A DNA stretch of 64,000 bases from NCBI GenBank assembly GCA_019057795.1, contig JAHLWS010000080.1, forward strand, positions 1 through 64,000. The letters are read 5' to 3'. Source of the stretch: Promethearchaeota archaeon. GTDB lineage: Archaea; Asgardarchaeota; Lokiarchaeia; Sigyniarchaeales; SOKP01. The notes below the pieces were generated by a model. That model saw only the letters and a program-made list of their open reading frames with translations, was not told the DNA's origin and ran no database searches. Below, piece after piece: positions 58,849-64,000 of this stretch; position 1 is the stretch's first letter, and each line of letters begins with the position of its first letter. The position numbers were made by a program, and so were the translations under genes.

Positions 58849-59017
58849 GATACTATTTAACCAACTTCACGATTAATTTTGATAATAAAATTGTTTTGAA
58901 CATTTATAATATTTTGTCATATAGTATTCTATCTGATAAGTTTAAAATAAATTAGCAAATTTTAATATTCTTAGATAATTTTAAAAACTAAAATATTGAT
59001 AAATACGGTTGGTTTAA

Positions 59018-62000
59018 TTGATTCGACGAAAAAAGGATGTTAAAAGAATTTTTTTTGTAAGTATATTCATAATTTCTATGCTTTTAGTGAATATTCACAT
59101 TTTTAATGGTTTATATTTAGATGGTAGTAATAACCAACTAACAAATTTGTTAAACGACGATAATAACCTTTTTTCTTCTGAAACTGACCCGTACCTAACA
59201 GATTATTACATTAACGGCTCAGGAGACAATCAAAACGTTAGAATTTACGCTTTAAATAGTTCGGAAACAAATGAGAATAATCAAGGTTTTTTTGAAATTC
59301 CTTCTATGTCAGTTACTGATACGACATATCTCACATATGGAAATTTCAACTTCACTTTCCAGAATAATTACACAGCAGATCACGTAATAGAAGACACAAG
59401 CGCGTTAGACGCAAGAGAATTCATAAAATTTACTTATAATACTAGTTTATCCTCAATGAATGTGAATACTGGAGAGATTCTCAATGAGCCTATCAATTTA
59501 GACTGGCTTGTCGATGGAAATCCTGATACAAATATTGAATTAAATTCTTCTTCGAGCGGAGAATTAAATTTTACGATCGATTCAAGTTTTGCAGGTACAT
59601 CATATATTAGTGGGAGTCCATCAATTAACCTCGCGTTTAATAGATCTTTTATATTAGGCTTAATTTCAACTTTTTCAAGCAGTATTGATTTGGATGCTTA
59701 TTTAACCTTAAAAATGTTTAATATATCTGACTCCACTTGGATAAACGTTACGGAAACGATGTTTATAAATAGCAGTTTAGGCACTCAATTAATTGAAAAC
59801 CGATACGTTAACGAAAACTTAAACTATATTAACTCCTCCGATATTAGTAAGATACAATTCTACTTACAAAGCTTTGATAGCAATGACTTTGTCCTTACCT
59901 TAAGAGAATTTAAATTAGAGTCCACTTACGCGTTTGATTTACCTATTACCAATAGTGAATATGTCGCTTTAGAGTTTGATTTGAAGGGAGAAAGTTCGGC
60001 AGTAAACGGTTTTTACGCTTGGATAAGAACATTGAATCTTACTGAAGCCCTTAACGCAGAACTAAATATAACCTTATACGAAGCTAATTCAACAATAACG
60101 AGAACTCAAGCTAATTTAAATAATTTAAAACCTAACAACACTAAATTAATCGATTCAATAATAATTGATTATCGCGATTATCATGGAGATTCTTTATCCT
60201 ATTTCGAATTTAACCAAGCGAATACTCAAAATCTAAAACTCTATAATTATTTCATAGTAATTAAATCAAATCGTTCAGAACAAATATATAGCTTAGTAAC
60301 ACTTCCTGAATCTACTTATGGTGATCCAGACTCTACAGTAGATCATCAATTAAGAACAACTAATGACGATGGTCTAACCTGGAATGTTGCCACAAAACAA
60401 GTGACTCCAGGAGGCTACAAGTCCGAAGAATTAGATGCAGCAGCTTTTAAATTAAATGTAACGCGCGGATATATGCCTTCTGACTTTATAAATCCTGACG
60501 ATAATCAAGATACGCTAAAAATACAAGATATTCCAATAGAAAATCAAAAAATCAGCGATCCTCCTTACGATGTAAGCTCATCGTTAGAATGGGGATTAGG
60601 GCAATGGAAGAACAACTTTACAGTTGAAATTGTCAATAATAGTTTACACAATTTCCAAATAGACCTCACATGGAATAATAGTATTATTCAAGGGTTTAAA
60701 TTCAACGTTACGTATACAGTAAAGGGTTATTGGGTAGAAAGCGCGAATAGTTATTATAAGGTATCATACGATACAATTCCAAGGTGGAATTTAAATTATA
60801 CACTAGATTTAGGTAATATAAATCTTGATAATTGGGATTTCCATGAATTTTGGTTTGTATATCCCAACGATTGGGATGCAAAGAACCTGACTAATCCAAA
60901 TTACGATGAAATTTACGAAGAAGTGATAAATAGCACAGGAGGAGAGACTAATTTTGACGCTAACCCATCGTATGATTTTACAGCGATTAATAACGCCACA
61001 GTTAACGATATTGACGGAATATACTCTCTTAATTTAACGAGTAGCAACCTTATACATGAGATGCACAGTTACATAAATTACAATGGAATTTTATGGGAGA
61101 CAAATGGATTTATGTATGGAGATAATATATCTGTAGAAGTTGCTATCCAAGGCCCCGGCGGCATACCGCCCACAAACGGTAATGCAAATGTTACATTGTT
61201 TTATCCAGATAATAGTACCATATTTCCAGGAGCAGAAAGGAATTCATCAGCAGGAGTGATTAAAAGTAATTCGCTTGTATATGATTTCAATAACCAAACT
61301 ATTTTAAATGTTACCAAAGATACGCCTCTCCTTGGAAATTATTATTTAGGCTATTTCTGGGAAAACGGTTCCGCAGTTGGATGTAAGAAACTGAAATTAT
61401 ATATAGACACTTATGATGTTAATATGAATAGTTTATTCTACGAACCAATCTTGAATCAAAACGTCCTTGACGGCATTGTAGACAAGGTTTATGAAAGTTA
61501 TTCAATGTTAATTGGTACAATAAATGTAACCGATGAAAAATATTATCCAGACTTTTACGCGGTTAATAATTCTGATATAAATCAACAATTTATTTACGAA
61601 ATAAACAATGAAAAGATACCAATATTAGTAAAAACCTTTTTACAAAATGAAACTCTTCTAAATCCCGATGAAGATATCAAAATAAGCGCAACAATTCAAA
61701 ATTTGCACGATTTTGTCGATTTGGAAGTTAAATTAAAAGTTCAATTAGTGTCTTTGGTTAACGAAGAATGGATAATTGCCGAAAAGTATACGGATGTAAA
61801 AACTCTAAATATAAGGGGAGATCCTAACGGTGCTGATACGCAAGAATTTTCCGTAAATCTTACAATACCGACTCTTCAAGCAGACGGAGTTTGGCAAGGC
61901 GTAAACGCGCCCGTTAGAAAAGGAGGAGCTAAAACAATATTTACGGTCTATTTTGAATACGCTGGAGAAAGTCATGAAGTTGATACTTTTGAAAGTAATG

Positions 62001-63202
62001 AGTATTCTTTATTAATTAATAGCACTCAAAATGTATTTGAAGGGTACATTATAACTTTAAAATACGACGAGGAAATTACAGGAGCTTCTATATTAAAACC
62101 GTTTGAAAGAGAAGCGTGCCAATACATGCCCGATCATCAAACAACAATTGTTGTAAATATTTATGATAAAAACTTCGTAAGCAGTTATAATCAATTTAAT
62201 GAATCATTTTCCTTGAAAATAAATAGTCAATTCTCTGATATCGTTATTAATCCTCAAACACCAATTTACGGACAAAAATTTTACATTAGTTCTGTGTTAA
62301 CGACCGAATTCGGCGATGAAATTCCAAACAAGAAGGTGACTTGCCAATATTTTAATAGTGGTTTATGGGAAAACATTTCATCTCAAATTTCGGGTGCTAA
62401 TGGAGTATCAAGCTTTGAAATTGATACTCTATCGCTACCACGTGAAGATGACCTTCTATTTAGGCTTACTTGGCAAGGAGAACAATATATTTTAGAGAAC
62501 TCGCAAAACATTTCTGTGTCTATATACAAAGTATCTAACAACTTATCGTTGGGAATTGTATCGAACGTAAATCAGATTATAAGAAACGGTAAAACAACAA
62601 TTACAATAACATTAAATAATATTGGCGATTCAGAATTAACAATTTCTAATTCTAGTATATCTATTATAATCGATCCTTCTTTAACATATAGCATTGTTGA
62701 GATAAAACATTTAATATTAAACAACTTACAGCCGGGAGAATCTACAGACATAATAATATCAATAGAGATTCCAGCTATAAATCAGATGACGATTACAGTA
62801 TCAGTAGAAGCAACTAACGAATTAACAAAAGAGAATATAACCGTTCAAGCGTTAAAAACTTTTAAAATTTATGACATACCTCTTGCAAATTATATCACCG
62901 TTTTCTTTACGGTAATTGTGATCGGTATTTTTGCGTTATTATGGGGCGTAATGTACTTATATGTCAAAAGAACTACGAAGAAAATTGAAACTCCTATCGA
63001 AGAACCTTCTAAGAAAAAACCAAGAAGAGGAAGGTATGTAAGTGTAAGTGAATTACCCAAAGAAGAACCTAAAAAAATGCCGGCAAAAAAACCAAGTAAA
63101 AAATTATCTAAAAAACAGAAAAAAAAAGAAATTAAGACAGAAAAGCCTGCAACAGATTTAGATTCTTTATTAGAAGAAAAAGGTCTTAAAGATAAAAAAT
63201 AA
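59018..63202 (+). CDS. Large membrane-anchored cell-surface glycoprotein
   Basis: N-terminal signal/TM, many N-x-S/T sequons, Ig/CARDB-like LQPGES, C-terminal TM and Lys-rich tail. Confidence 0.8.
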   Translation: MIRRKKDVKRIFFVSIFIISMLLVNIHIFNGLYLDGSNNQLTNLLNDDNNLFSSETDPYLTDYYINGSGDNQNVRIYALNSSETNENNQGFFEIPSMSVTDTTYLTYGNFNFTFQNNYTADHVIEDTSALDAREFIKFTYNTSLSSMNVNTGEILNEPINLDWLVDGNPDTNIELNSSSSGELNFTIDSSFAGTSYISGSPSINLAFNRSFILGLISTFSSSIDLDAYLTLKMFNISDSTWINVTETMFINSSLGTQLIENRYVNENLNYINSSDISKIQFYLQSFDSNDFVLTLREFKLESTYAFDLPITNSEYVALEFDLKGESSAVNGFYAWIRTLNLTEALNAELNITLYEANSTITRTQANLNNLKPNNTKLIDSIIIDYRDYHGDSLSYFEFNQANTQNLKLYNYFIVIKSNRSEQIYSLVTLPESTYGDPDSTVDHQLRTTNDDGLTWNVATKQVTPGGYKSEELDAAAFKLNVTRGYMPSDFINPDDNQDTLKIQDIPIENQKISDPPYDVSSSLEWGLGQWKNNFTVEIVNNSLHNFQIDLTWNNSIIQGFKFNVTYTVKGYWVESANSYYKVSYDTIPRWNLNYTLDLGNINLDNWDFHEFWFVYPNDWDAKNLTNPNYDEIYEEVINSTGGETNFDANPSYDFTAINNATVNDIDGIYSLNLTSSNLIHEMHSYINYNGILWETNGFMYGDNISVEVAIQGPGGIPPTNGNANVTLFYPDNSTIFPGAERNSSAGVIKSNSLVYDFNNQTILNVTKDTPLLGNYYLGYFWENGSAVGCKKLKLYIDTYDVNMNSLFYEPILNQNVLDGIVDKVYESYSMLIGTINVTDEKYYPDFYAVNNSDINQQFIYEINNEKIPILVKTFLQNETLLNPDEDIKISATIQNLHDFVDLEVKLKVQLVSLVNEEWIIAEKYTDVKTLNIRGDPNGADTQEFSVNLTIPTLQADGVWQGVNAPVRKGGAKTIFTVYFEYAGESHEVDTFESNEYSLLINSTQNVFEGYIITLKYDEEITGASILKPFEREACQYMPDHQTTIVVNIYDKNFVSSYNQFNESFSLKINSQFSDIVINPQTPIYGQKFYISSVLTTEFGDEIPNKKVTCQYFNSGLWENISSQISGANGVSSFEIDTLSLPREDDLLFRLTWQGEQYILENSQNISVSIYKVSNNLSLGIVSNVNQIIRNGKTTITITLNNIGDSELTISNSSISIIIDPSLTYSIVEIKHLILNNLQPGESTDIIISIEIPAINQMTITVSVEATNELTKENITVQALKTFKIYDIPLANYITVFFTVIVIGIFALLWGVMYLYVKRTTKKIETPIEEPSKKKPRRGRYVSVSELPKEEPKKMPAKKPSKKLSKKQKKKEIKTEKPATDLDSLLEEKGLKDKK

Positions 63203-63263
63203 AAATAAAATCTACTTTTTTTAATATTCTTTTAAAATTTTTTCTAAAAAAGAGGAAATAAAA

Positions 63264-63617
63264 TTATATCTTTGAAATTGAAATTAGGTTTCTTTTTAGA
63301 AGACTTAGAGATGCTTTTCCGTCTAAACCTGCTAAAGCAATTAGGACAATTGCATCAGACTTGACGATTACGACATAACCGCTTTCTAGATCGATAGTAG
63401 CTGTTTTAAATGCTCCTTTACCGATATCATTACCCATAGTGCCCGAAGCTTTTATTATAGCTACGCAAGTTTTTGCTATCGCACTGTGATCCATTTCTGT
63501 TATCGTTTGGCCAATAATGACTTTTCCTTGCAGATCAGAGGCTATTAAACCTTCGGTTTCAGGAACTATGTCAAATAATTCTGATAATTTTTTTTCAATA
63601 ACTTTTTTATCTACCAT
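63264..63617 (-). CDS. Roadblock/LC7 protein
   Basis: EGLIASDLQGKVI...ATIDLESGYVVI. Confidence 0.85.
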   Translation of the reverse strand: MVDKKVIEKKLSELFDIVPETEGLIASDLQGKVIIGQTITEMDHSAIAKTCVAIIKASGTMGNDIGKGAFKTATIDLESGYVVIVKSDAIVLIALAGLDGKASLSLLKRNLISISKI

Positions 63618-63928
63618 AAAAATACTACTCTTTATCTATATTAATTAATATAAATTTGAATTCTGAATTAGATTACTCAAGTTAGTCTAAATAAATTCTT
63701 AAATATATATATATTTTAAAGAAATTTAAATTTATCAAAAATACAAAAAAAAAGCGAAAAAGTAACTTTTAAGTCTAAATAGCAATTCATTGATTTGTAT
63801 TAATTAAGCAAAATTTTATTTTTATTATTTTAGTAATAATTTTTAAGCCTTTAGTTTATTATTATTATTAAATATTATAGGTTATAGATCATAAAATCAG
63901 ATAAAATAATAATGAGAGAGAAGTTAAA

Positions 63929-64000
63929 TTGATTAATAGAAGAGAAGTCAAGGATATCATCAGAAAGTTTGAGGAACGCGAAGGAATTCGCGGGGTCATC
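63929..64000 (+). CDS. Probable second Roadblock/LC7 protein (runs off window)
   Basis: TTG start; MINRREVKDIIRKFEEREGIRGVI. Confidence 0.55.
   Translation, partial: MINRREVKDIIRKFEEREGIRGVI

Overview
AT-rich, gene-dense archaeal DNA, very probably from an Asgard archaeon (Lokiarchaeia-like). The evidence is a Rab-like small GTPase, two Roadblock/LC7 genes, a vWA-RING protein, membrane-anchored beta-helix proteins, a methanogen-type Hdr, and TATA promoters with oligo-T terminators. About 1-34 kb is an accessory region. It holds a ThiF plus two GNAT-like genes, small hypotheticals, a duplicated two-component locus whose regulators carry an N-terminal ribbon-helix-helix, a frameshifted beta-helix surface protein, and about 8 intact or eroded toxin-antitoxin units. 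At 34-45 kb an Lrp regulator is divergent from a 12-gene operon: tusA-dsrEFH-dsrE2-hdrCBA-mvhD-mvhG-like-(FrhB with a nested GltD/NfnB module and wHTH)-tusA. This links a persulfide relay to an Hdr complex that has no hydrogenase large subunit. The 45-64 kb part contains a GNAT, a SagB nitroreductase, a P-loop ATPase, a divergent RtcB-like gene, metG, a TFIIH-p44-like vWA-double-RING gene, an M20 peptidase, a large surface glycoprotein and a Roadblock pair. A pattern outside the ORF track recurs at four loci: cargo genes sit between a host gene and an orphan copy of that gene's 3' end, with no integrase or transposase in the window. No rRNA, complete tRNA, CRISPR array or transposase was found. 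All assignments come from manual motif reading, not database searches.
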